A stretch of DNA of 64,000 nucleotides from Spirochaetia bacterium. Its GTDB lineage: Bacteria > Spirochaetota > Spirochaetia > DSM-16054 > Sediminispirochaetaceae. Positions within the stretch are counted from its first letter, which is position 1. Every line of letters starts with the position of its first letter. Below are positions 55,526 to 64,000 of this stretch, in pieces. Under the pieces are notes generated by a model. The model had not been told where the DNA came from and ran no database searches. It was given only the letters and a program-made list of their open reading frames with translations. A program made the position numbers and the translations under genes. The stretch is from assembly GCA_034520965.1 (NCBI GenBank), contig JAXHMY010000001.1, forward strand, positions 384,001-448,000, given 5' to 3'.

Positions 55526-56349
55526 CTATTTCCTTCGCTTTACTATATTCTTATTCGAATATTTCTTTTTCTTACGAGTCTTGTAACCCTTAGTCGGTTG
55601 TCCCCACGGACTCACCGGATGGCGTCCACCAGAGGTCTTACCTTCACCACCACCATGCGGGTGGTCTACCGGGTTCATCACAACACCACGTACTTTCGGA
55701 CGTCTACCAAGCCAGCGGGCTCGTCCCGCCTTTCCAAGCGAAACATTCATATGCTCTTCATTTCCAAGAACACCTACTGTTGCCTGACATTTAGCAAACA
55801 CCATTCTCATCTCGCCTGAAGGAAGTTTTACGGTAACGTAATCTCCCTCTTTAGCAACCACCACAGCTCGCCCACCGGCGGAGCGGACCATCTGTCCTCC
55901 CCGGCCTTTCTGCAGCTCAATGTTATGTACTTCGATACCCAGAGGAATTCCCTCTAGGGGTAATGTATTGCCCGGAGTAATTGGTGCACCCGGCCCGTTC
56001 TGAATCTTGGCGCCGACCTTTAATCCCTTCGGCGCTAAAATATAACGTTTGCCTCCATCGGCGTACCATACCAGTGCAATGAATGCTGACCGGTTTGGAT
56101 CGTACTCGATGGTTTTTATAGTACCTACTACTCCGACCTTATCCCGCTTAAAGTCAATCTCACGGTATTTTCTTTTATGACGCCCGCCCTTGCGACGCAC
56201 ACTAATGCGTCCGCCGGCGCCGCGCCCAGCATGAAAGCCCATCCCTTTTGTGAGTGACTTTTCGCTTTCTCACGGGTAATCTCCTCGAAAGTAAGACCCG
56301 TCTTGTACCGCTGACTTGGGGTGTTCGGTTTATATTTTTTTAGTGCCAC
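55526..56349 (-). CDS. rplB: 50S ribosomal protein L2; single-base deletion near 56262
   Basis: [14 protein letters not shown] in one frame; EYDPNRSA and [13 protein letters not shown] in the next. Confidence 0.96.
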
Positions 56350-56380
56350 GTCTGAATCCCCCTATTACTCCGTAACTGCA

Positions 56381-56683
56381 TTATACACCTTCGATTGAAT
56401 CGATCTTTTCACCCGATTTCAGAGTTACCACCGCACGTTTCCATGCCGTTGTTTTCCCAAATCGGTATCCAGATTTTGTCCGTGAGGCTTTAGGTTTACT
56501 TTTCACCCACGCCACATTACAGGCCAACGGAGTAACTTGAAACAGCTCTTCAACTGCCTTCTTAATCTGCGATTTGTTGGCCCTAGAATCAACTTTGAAA
56601 ACGTATTTCCGTTGTTCTGTTTCTCGCATCACATTTGACTTTTCAGTCAATACCGGTTCAATAATTACTTGATCAGCTCTCAC
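56381..56683 (-). CDS. rplW: 50S ribosomal protein L23
   Basis: PVLTEKS, ANKSQIKKAVEELF, WKRAVVTL. Confidence 0.96.
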   Translation of the reverse strand: MRADQVIIEPVLTEKSNVMRETEQRKYVFKVDSRANKSQIKKAVEELFQVTPLACNVAWVKSKPKASRTKSGYRFGKTTAWKRAVVTLKSGEKIDSIEGV

Positions 56684-57324
56684 GACCGACCCCTCTCTAT
56701 GCTCTTTGCAAAAAAATCGTTTAATTTTGTAGCTGCCGACTCCATGACCACAATATGCTTTCCGTAGAACAGCTCATGCGCACTCAGTCGATTATACGAC
56801 TGCACTTTGAGCCAAGGAATATTCTTCCCTGCTCTTCTAAGCATACTGTCATCACTATGCAGCACCACAACCGTGCGTTCCTCTTTGACCAGGTTTTTAA
56901 GAATCGATACAAGGTCCCTGGTTTTTCCTGATTCAACCGAAAAATCTTCAACGATCTTTATAGTATCTGCCTGCAATTTCTTCGAAAGAATAGATCGCAT
57001 AGCTGAACGCTTCATTTTACGAGGCATCCGTACATGATAATCACGCGGCTGAGGACCAAAAGTAGTACCTCCACCGACCCACAAGGGCGACTTTTTGTCA
57101 CCGGCACGGGCATTACCCGTACCTTTTTGACGCCAAGGCTTAGCATTGCTACCCCTTACCAGTTTCCTATTCTTCACACTGGCGGTACCGATACGACGAT
57201 TGGCAAGTTCGCTGTTAATTGCATAGTAGATTGCGCTGTCGCTTACCTCGCAGTTGAAAACTTCGTCGTTCAATGTGATATTTTTTATCTCTTCGCCCTG
57301 TACCGAAAAGACCTTTGTTTCCAT
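56680..57324 (-). CDS. rplD: 50S ribosomal protein L4
   Basis: KPWRQKGTGNARAG, GGGTTFGPQPR. Confidence 0.98.
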   Translation of the reverse strand: METKVFSVQGEEIKNITLNDEVFNCEVSDSAIYYAINSELANRRIGTASVKNRKLVRGSNAKPWRQKGTGNARAGDKKSPLWVGGGTTFGPQPRDYHVRMPRKMKRSAMRSILSKKLQADTIKIVEDFSVESGKTRDLVSILKNLVKEERTVVVLHSDDSMLRRAGKNIPWLKVQSYNRLSAHELFYGKHIVVMESAATKLNDFFAKSIERGRS

Positions 57325-57333
57325 TTTCCGCCT

Positions 57334-57951
57334 CTACTTCTTATTAGCTTTTTTGACCATCACGATACCCTTGCGTGGCCCTGGAACTGCTCCCTTCACT
57401 AAAAGGAACTGTCGTTCTTCATCTACCTTCACTACACGAAGGTTCTGCACTGTTTTCTTATCGGCCCCCATGCGTCCGGGCATTTTAGTACCCTTATGCA
57501 CTTTCGATGGAGTAGCCGCCATACCAGTAGCTCCAAGACCCCGGTGAAACTTCGATCCGTGGGTTTTATTTCCGCCGGAAAAACCATGGCGTTTCATTAC
57601 ACCCTGAAAACCCTTTCCCTTCGAAGTACCGGTGATATCTACAAAAGTCACATCTTTGAAAACTGAAGCGCCAAGCGTTGCGCCTATTTCGTATTCGCCT
57701 TCAAAGTCTCGCATTTCAACCAGGACACTCTTGGGTGATCCGTTCTTAAATTGTCCGGCATAGGGTTTACTCACCCGGCTCGCCTTTTTATCAACAGCAC
57801 CCATTACTACGGCTTTATAGCCGTTTTTTTCTTCGTTGCGTTCGTCTATAACCTGGTTATCTTCTATTTTGATGACGGTAACCGGGGTTAATACCCCGCG
57901 TTCGTCAAACACCTGTGTCATTCCAAGCTTTCTACCGATCAGCCCTAACAT
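57334..57951 (-). CDS. rplC: 50S ribosomal protein L3
   Basis: KLGMTQVF, SKGKGFQGVMKRH, KMPGRMG, KGAVPG. Confidence 0.98.
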   Translation of the reverse strand: MLGLIGRKLGMTQVFDERGVLTPVTVIKIEDNQVIDERNEEKNGYKAVVMGAVDKKASRVSKPYAGQFKNGSPKSVLVEMRDFEGEYEIGATLGASVFKDVTFVDITGTSKGKGFQGVMKRHGFSGGNKTHGSKFHRGLGATGMAATPSKVHKGTKMPGRMGADKKTVQNLRVVKVDEERQFLLVKGAVPGPRKGIVMVKKANKK

Positions 57952-57981
57952 CTTTAACCTCAATTAAGTAAAATCTTCGTT

Positions 57982-58290
57982 TTACTGCTTGATCTCTACA
58001 TCCACACCAGCAGGAAGCTCAAGCTTCATTAGGGCATCCATCACCTTCGATGTAGGATCAAGAATGTCGATCAACCTCTTGTGCGTTCGCATCTCAAACT
58101 GTTCACGAGCTTTCTTATTTACGTGCGGCGACTTAAGGACGGTAAATTTGTTTATCCTTGTTGGTAAAGGGACTGGCCCTGCTACTTTTGCCCCAGCCTT
58201 TTCCACCGTCTGTACAATTGCACGCGAGCTTTGGTCTATAAGCTCTATATCAAAGCCTCGTAGCCGCACACGTATTCTATCTTTGGCCAT
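57982..58290 (-). CDS. rpsJ: 30S ribosomal protein S10
   Basis: [31 protein letters not shown]. Confidence 0.98.
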   Translation of the reverse strand: MAKDRIRVRLRGFDIELIDQSSRAIVQTVEKAGAKVAGPVPLPTRINKFTVLKSPHVNKKAREQFEMRTHKRLIDILDPTSKVMDALMKLELPAGVDVEIKQ

Positions 58291-58301
58291 TATATCCCCC
58301 G

Positions 58302-58333
58302 AAAAGCAAGTCCCGCACGCATGTGTGCGGGAC
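58302..58333 (-). terminator. Hairpin / partial terminator between tuf and rpsJ
   Basis: gtcccgcac...gtgcgggac 9-bp stem followed by ttgctttt. Confidence 0.6.
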
Positions 58334-58345
58334 ATACTAAAATTA

Positions 58346-59536
58346 CTATTCGATTATCTCAGTAACCTGACCACTAGCTACGGTTCGGCCACCTTCGCGA
58401 ATAGCGAAGCGCAGTCCTTTTTCCATAGCAATTGGATGAATGAGTTCAACGTTAACTTCAACGTGGTCACCGGGCATTACCATCTGCTTATCTTCAGGCA
58501 GAGTTACATCACCGGTAATATCGGTTGTCCGGAAGTAAAACTGCGGACGATACCCGTTAAAGAAAGGCGAGTGACGACCACCCTCTTCCTTGGTCAAGGC
58601 ATAAATCTGCCCCTTAAACTTCGCATGCGGAGTAATACTACCCGGCTTCGCAAGAACCTGTCCACGAACGACACTGTCTTTATCAATACCGCGCAGCAGT
58701 GCTCCAATGTTATCGCCGGCCTGCCCTTCGTCCAGAATCTTGTTAAACATCTCTACACCCGTACAGGTGGTTTTCGTTGTCTCACGAACACCTACTATTT
58801 CAATAGTATCATTCACATGAACAACACCGCGTTCAATACGACCGGTAACAACAGTACCACGGCCCTGAATGGAAAAAATATCTTCGATCGGCATCAGGAA
58901 GTCCTGATCTACCGCACGTTCCGGCTGCGGAAAGTAGTTATCCATTGCATCGAGCAGCTCCTGAATACATTTGGTCTTTTCAGGATCCTCGGGATGCTCC
59001 ATTGCTTCAAAAGCAGAGCCTTTGATTACAGGAATATCATCCCCGGGGAACTCATATTCTTTCAACAGATCCCGCATCTCTTCTTCAACCAGTTCGATCA
59101 AATCAGGATCGTCTACCTGGTCGGTTTTGTTAACAAATACGATCAAAGCCGGTACACCAACCTGACGAGCAAGCAGAATGTGCTCTTTGGTCTGTGCCAT
59201 CGCACCGTCGGTAGCTGCAACTACAATAACTGATCCATCCATCTGCGCAGCACCAGTGATCATATTTTTGATATAATCTGCGTGTCCCGGACAGTCAACG
59301 TGAGCGTAGTGCCGAGCGTCGGTTTCGTACTCTACGTGACGAGTATTGATAGTTATACCACGGGCTTTTTCTTCAGGTGCATTGTCGATTTGTTCATAAG
59401 ACATCACCTTTCCGCCATCGCCCTTTGAGCAAAACATGGTAATTGCCGCAGTAAGAGTTGTCTTACCGTGGTCAACATGCCCAATGGTACCAACGTTGAT
59501 ATGTGGCTTTGTTCTTTCAAACTTGGCTTTAGCCAT
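58346..59536 (-). CDS. tuf: Elongation factor Tu
   Basis: [28 protein letters not shown]. Confidence 0.99.
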   Translation of the reverse strand: MAKAKFERTKPHINVGTIGHVDHGKTTLTAAITMFCSKGDGGKVMSYEQIDNAPEEKARGITINTRHVEYETDARHYAHVDCPGHADYIKNMITGAAQMDGSVIVVAATDGAMAQTKEHILLARQVGVPALIVFVNKTDQVDDPDLIELVEEEMRDLLKEYEFPGDDIPVIKGSAFEAMEHPEDPEKTKCIQELLDAMDNYFPQPERAVDQDFLMPIEDIFSIQGRGTVVTGRIERGVVHVNDTIEIVGVRETTKTTCTGVEMFNKILDEGQAGDNIGALLRGIDKDSVVRGQVLAKPGSITPHAKFKGQIYALTKEEGGRHSPFFNGYRPQFYFRTTDITGDVTLPEDKQMVMPGDHVEVNVELIHPIAMEKGLRFAIREGGRTVASGQVTEIIE

Positions 59537-59539
59537 CAC

Positions 59540-59820
59540 TTCCTCCTTGTGAATATCCCCAATAAAAATTATACGACCACATCTATGCGACCCACCTTGG
59601 GCCGACAGACACCGATCATGTTATACCTATATAGCAAGTGAACGAATAGAGTGAAAAGGAAGGATCCAGAGGTCTCAACATTTCAGCATCGAATGCGAAT
59701 GTCAGACGTGGCTGATTACAGCGCCTGGAACCACCTCATCATCCTAAAATCACAGCAGTGATATAAAAGACGATCGGTTTGGCTACCACAAGCCTGGTGC
59801 TTATGCACCAATAGGTTGTG
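59540..59820 (-). ncRNA. Candidate structured 5' leader RNA of the tuf-S10 transcript
   Basis: Several nested helices (see findings); lies between a consensus promoter and the tuf RBS. Confidence 0.5.
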
Positions 59821-59822
59821 CA

Positions 59823-59851
59823 ATACTACGCAATATGCGTAGAAAGGTCAA
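59823..59851 (-). promoter_or_regulatory. Sigma70 promoter for the tuf-S10 operon
   Basis: TTGACC-17 nt-TAGTAT; overlapped by the inverted repeat ctacgca-N3-tgcgtag. Confidence 0.7.
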
Positions 59852-59867
59852 GGGGGAAAACCCCCTT
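59850..59867 (-). terminator. Hairpin immediately after rpsG
   Basis: aaggggg-tttt-ccccctt stem with a weak U tail. Confidence 0.45.
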
Positions 59868-59870
59868 AAT

Positions 59871-60341
59871 TTACCATCTATAATGTGAGAACGCTTTATT
59901 CGCCTCAGCCATCCTATGGGTATCTTCCTTCTTTCTAAAAGCGGTACCAGTTGAATTATATGCATCATACAATTCGTTGAACAGCTTCTCGCCCATAGAC
60001 TTCCCACTTCTTGTTCGGGCGGCCTGAATAATCCAGCGCATTGCCAAGGCATCACGCCGTTTCTCACGTACCTCTACCGGTACCTGATAGGTAGACCCAC
60101 CCACACGTCTTGATTTTACCTCTACCGAGGGTTTGACGTTTTCAAGAGCTTTTTGAAACACTTCCAGACCATCTTTACCCGACTTTTCCGCCACCTGCTC
60201 GAGTGCTTCATACATCACCCTCTGGCTGGTTGCTTTTTTTCCGTCAAGCATCATTCTGGTAATAAACTTTGTTACAATTGTGCTGCCATAACGCGAATCG
60301 GGCAACACAACTTTTTCACGGATAAATTTCTTTCGTCCCAT
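59871..60341 (-). CDS. rpsG: 30S ribosomal protein S7
   Basis: [35 protein letters not shown]. Confidence 0.98.
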   Translation of the reverse strand: MGRKKFIREKVVLPDSRYGSTIVTKFITRMMLDGKKATSQRVMYEALEQVAEKSGKDGLEVFQKALENVKPSVEVKSRRVGGSTYQVPVEVREKRRDALAMRWIIQAARTRSGKSMGEKLFNELYDAYNSTGTAFRKKEDTHRMAEANKAFSHYRW

Positions 60342-60351
60342 TGGTTACTCC

Positions 60352-60726
60352 TTACGCTTTCGGCTTCTTCGTTCCGTACTTGGACCGACCTTTTCTCCGA
60401 TCTTCCACACCCAGGGTATCTTTTGCACCCCTTACAATGTGGTACCGTACACCGGGAAGGTCTTTTACACGACCACCACGGATCAGCACCACCGAGTGTT
60501 CCTGTAGATTATGCCCGATACCCGGAATATAAGCTGTTGCTTCTATTCCATTGGTTAATCGAACTCTGGCTACTTTACGGAGAGCCGAATTCGGCTTTTT
60601 CGGTGTAACCGTCATTACGCGGGTGCATACCCCGCGCTTCTGGGGACAATTTTCAAGCGCTCTGGCTTTACTCTTGGTAACAATGGCCTTGCGGCCCTTT
60701 CGAACTAGCTGGTTAATTGTAGGCAT
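60352..60726 (-). CDS. rpsL: 30S ribosomal protein S12
   Basis: [32 protein letters not shown]. Confidence 0.99.
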   Translation of the reverse strand: MPTINQLVRKGRKAIVTKSKARALENCPQKRGVCTRVMTVTPKKPNSALRKVARVRLTNGIEATAYIPGIGHNLQEHSVVLIRGGRVKDLPGVRYHIVRGAKDTLGVEDRRKGRSKYGTKKPKA

Positions 60727-60805
60727 GTACCTGTGTACTCCCTTTCATATTGTTTTTCTTGACTGATCGGGCCAGCATGAGTGTAAGTAACTCCCAGCAC
60801 TGGAA

Positions 60806-63800
60806 TCACTCTTCATCGCCATCCGCAAAAACCTGCTCGGCCTCTGCGGTGAAACCCTGGCTTTCCTCTTCCCCTTCAGCCTGTTCACGTTTTCTCGCAT
60901 CAATTATATTCTGAACCGAAGCATCAAGATCTTCGGAGTGTTCATCATACAGTTTCACATCACGGTAGTTCCGCATACCGGTGCCTGCCGGTATAAGGTG
61001 ACCAATTATAACATTCTCTTTCAGTCCGTGCAGGGCATCAGTATTACCTGCTATTGCCGCGTTTGTCAACACCCGAGTTGTTTCCTGGAAGGATGCAGCC
61101 GAGATGAAGGAATCGATATTGAGCGATGCCCGGGTAATACCTAACAGCAGGGGTTTTCCAACCGCCGGCTGTCCACCTTCTCGCATAACCTTATGGTTTT
61201 CCTGGTGGAACTTGTACTTATCTATCTGCTGCCCATAAATAAAGTTGGTATCGCCAACCTGAATAATCTCAACCTTACGCATCATCTGACGAATAATTAC
61301 ACCGATGTGTTTATCATTGATATTAACTCCCTGCAGGCGATACACTTCCTGCACCTCATTCACCAAGAATGATTGCAGGGCATTTTCGCCTAGGATCTCT
61401 AACACATCGTGGGGATCAAAGCTTCCTTCACAGAGCTCCTCTCCGGCCTCTACTAAGTCTCCGTCACGTATCAGAAGGTGACGCCCCATCGGGACCAGAT
61501 GCTTGTACTCGACCCCAAAATCATCAACCACGTTGATAACTCGTTTACCCTTCACAATCGCCTTAAAATTTACTGTACCGGAAATTCGAGCAAGCACCGA
61601 AGAGCTTTTTGGACGACGTGCTTCAAACAGCTCTCCTACCCGTGGCAGACCACCGGTAATATCACTGGTTTTCACACTTTCCTTCAGCAGTTTTGCAAGG
61701 GTACGGCCCATTTTAACTTCTTCGCCGTCTTCAACATTCAGATAAGAGTTACCCGGCAGGAAGTAACTCCCCTTTTCATTACCCTCTTCATCCAGCAAAA
61801 CAAGTCTTGGCTGCAGACTTTCCGAAGAAAACTCGGTAATTTTCTTTTCAATATTACCGGTATCCTCATTAATCTCTTCTTTAAGAGTTGTTCCCAGCAC
61901 AATATCTTCGAATTTTATCTTACCATTCTGTTCTGCAATTATCGGCTCAGAGAACGGGTCAAAAGTAGCCAGAGGTTCTCCCGACTCAACGGTTTCATCT
62001 ACTCCTACCCGAAGTTCGGCACCGTTTCGTACATCAATCTTCTGGTCTTGGGCCACCAGCAGCAGTTCATTATCTCTAATATGGGCAAAGGCATTTTCAT
62101 GAGCCAGAATATCTTCGCCGTCCTTGGTAACCAAAGGCACTGCCCCGCTGATTTTGTCGCCTTCAGCGACATGGAGCTTACTCTTCTTGTCTATCTCAAT
62201 TCGACGCAGGACCTTCGCAACGATAATATATCCCTTTCGAGTAAAGAGAGTATCTCCGCCTTCCAGCTGTACGGTGTTTCCGTGTAGTTCTTTCACTAAT
62301 ACCGGGAAAGCGAAGGAAATACGGTTTTCTTCGCTTGCCTTGGTTGCAGCACCCCCGATATGGAAGGTACGCATGGTAAGCTGCGTTCCCGGCTGACCGA
62401 TTGACTGGGCGGCTATAATTCCAACCGCTTCACCCACATCTACTGTCTCATTTGTCGCCAGATTTCGACCATAGCATTTACGACATACTCCATGCCGCGC
62501 TTCGCAGGTAAGCACCGTTCGCAAGCGAACAGACTCAACCCCGACTTCCTCTATTTCTGTGGCCAGTTCTTCGGTAATCTCTTCATTTACATCTACAATA
62601 ATATCAGCGGTTATGGGATGCTTCACACGTTCAAGGGTAAACCGCCCCACAATACGATCCTGCAGTGACTCAATTATTTCTTCGCCGTCTTTTAAGGCAC
62701 TTATTTCAATTCCATTAATCGTACCGCAGTCATCTTCATTGATCACCACGTCCTGAGCAATATCAACCAGTCGACGGGTCAGGTACCCTGCATCGGCGGT
62801 TTTCAGTGCGGTGTCGGCCAGTCCCTTACGAGCACCGTTGGTCGAAATAAAGAACTCAATAATTGACAGCCCCTCTTTAAAGTTGGAGCGGATCGGCAGC
62901 TCAATAATGTCACCTGAGGGCTTTGCCATCAGGCCGCGCATACCGGCCAGCTGTCGTATCTGCGTACGACTACCCCGTGCCCCGGAGTCGGCCATCAAGT
63001 ATACCGGGTTAAAACCATCGCGGTCCTTTTTCAGAAGCTCCATCAACTCCGCAGTCAGATCCTCGTTTGTTTTACTCCAGACCTCAATTACACGGTTATA
63101 GCGCTCTTCCTGGGTAATGTGGCCCTGCAGATACTGATTCTGTATCTCCACAACCCGCTGGTTGGCCTCGTCAATCATCTCTTTCTTCTTTTCTGGAATA
63201 ACTACATCATCTACACCAATAGTGGCACCAAACAGTGTAGCGTAACGAAAGCCGACATCCTTTATAGAGTCGAGCATCCTCACAACTACAGCTGGTCCAT
63301 GTTCTTTATAGGCCTTTCCTACCAGAGCGCGCAACTCTTTATCACCTAACTGTTCATTTACAAATTCCACCTCTTCAGGCATTTCTTCGTTAAATATGAT
63401 GCGCCCGGCGCTGGTATCAGCCCATTCTCCGTTAAATTTGACTTTAATTCTTGTGTTATATCTAATAGACCTTGCCTCTAAAGCAAGCATCGCTTCGTCG
63501 AATTTGACAAAATGCTTACCGTGCCCCGGTTGGCCGTCGCGTATACGTGTAAGATAGTTAATTCCAAGCACCATATCCTGGGAAGGAAATACAATCGGCG
63601 CACCGTTAGCGGGGTCTAGCAAGTTCGTTGAAGAGAGCATGAGCGTCCAGCATTCAAGCTGGGCGGCCTGGGTCAAAGGCACGTGTACGGCCATCTGGTC
63701 ACCATCAAAGTCGGCGTTATACGCATGGCAGACCAGGGGATGCAATTTAATAGCCTTTCCCTCGGTGAGTACCGGCTCAAAGGCCTGGATACCGAGTCGG

Positions 63801-64000
63801 TGGAGGGTTGGCGCACGGTTTAGGAATACCGGATGCTCTCTTACAACCTCATCCAGTACCGCATACACTTCCTGCGTCTCCTGCTCTACCAGAGTCTTGG
63901 CTTTCTTAATATTATAGACCACATCGCGCTCGACCAGCTTCTTCATAATAAAAGGCTTGAATAACTCCAAGGCCATTTTGGTCGGAAGACCGCACTGATG
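60806..64000 (-). CDS. rpoC: RNA polymerase beta' subunit; 5' part lies outside the window
   Basis: [12 protein letters not shown] active-site motif, [30 protein letters not shown]. Confidence 0.99.
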   Translation of the reverse strand, partial: HQCGLPTKMALELFKPFIMKKLVERDVVYNIKKAKTLVEQETQEVYAVLDEVVREHPVFLNRAPTLHRLGIQAFEPVLTEGKAIKLHPLVCHAYNADFDGDQMAVHVPLTQAAQLECWTLMLSSTNLLDPANGAPIVFPSQDMVLGINYLTRIRDGQPGHGKHFVKFDEAMLALEARSIRYNTRIKVKFNGEWADTSAGRIIFNEEMPEEVEFVNEQLGDKELRALVGKAYKEHGPAVVVRMLDSIKDVGFRYATLFGATIGVDDVVIPEKKKEMIDEANQRVVEIQNQYLQGHITQEERYNRVIEVWSKTNEDLTAELMELLKKDRDGFNPVYLMADSGARGSRTQIRQLAGMRGLMAKPSGDIIELPIRSNFKEGLSIIEFFISTNGARKGLADTALKTADAGYLTRRLVDIAQDVVINEDDCGTINGIEISALKDGEEIIESLQDRIVGRFTLERVKHPITADIIVDVNEEITEELATEIEEVGVESVRLRTVLTCEARHGVCRKCYGRNLATNETVDVGEAVGIIAAQSIGQPGTQLTMRTFHIGGAATKASEENRISFAFPVLVKELHGNTVQLEGGDTLFTRKGYIIVAKVLRRIEIDKKSKLHVAEGDKISGAVPLVTKDGEDILAHENAFAHIRDNELLLVAQDQKIDVRNGAELRVGVDETVESGEPLATFDPFSEPIIAEQNGKIKFEDIVLGTTLKEEINEDTGNIEKKITEFSSESLQPRLVLLDEEGNEKGSYFLPGNSYLNVEDGEEVKMGRTLAKLLKESVKTSDITGGLPRVGELFEARRPKSSSVLARISGTVNFKAIVKGKRVINVVDDFGVEYKHLVPMGRHLLIRDGDLVEAGEELCEGSFDPHDVLEILGENALQSFLVNEVQEVYRLQGVNINDKHIGVIIRQMMRKVEIIQVGDTNFIYGQQIDKYKFHQENHKVMREGGQPAVGKPLLLGITRASLNIDSFISAASFQETTRVLTNAAIAGNTDALHGLKENVIIGHLIPAGTGMRNYRDVKLYDEHSEDLDASVQNIIDARKREQAEGEEESQGFTAEAEQVFADGDEE

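Noticed and set aside
57989..59233. 414-aa plus-strand ORF
   Set aside because: Antisense shadow of tuf and rpsJ with no recognisable motifs. The same applies to the long antisense ORFs over ptsI, rpoC, dnaK and the coiled-coil gene.

Overview
Core-genome window of a Spirochaetia-like bacterium. The assignment is inferred from gene order (M23-bactofilin-YaaR-PSP1-rpsT-HU; tuf heading the S10 cluster), a SpiroCoCo-type giant coiled coil and general protein character. Almost all genes are on the minus strand. From right to left: the 3' part of rpoC, rpsL-rpsG (no fusA), tuf and the S10/spc/alpha ribosomal cluster; a membrane protein with an acidic tandem-repeat linker; rny-ymdB-tlyA; ptsI-der-merR followed by a candidate envelope module (NlpC/P60-like protein, large TPR protein, beta-barrel, ExbB, ExbD, TonB); a HAD gene flanked by two copies of a MITE-like element; grpE-dnaK-dnaJ; rlmB; tatD-dus-purD-like (plus strand); a cell-shape cluster; lnt; a response regulator; cinA; rho; rpmE; and a galK-like gene. 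Many genes carry short indels, including essential rplB, so frameshifts are treated as probable sequencing/assembly errors rather than pseudogenes. No rRNA, tRNA, CRISPR array, transposase or phage gene was recognised. Best leads: a ~280-nt structured leader upstream of tuf, the TPR/barrel/Ton module, the MITE-like family and the acidic-repeat membrane protein. All assignments are by eye; no searches were run.
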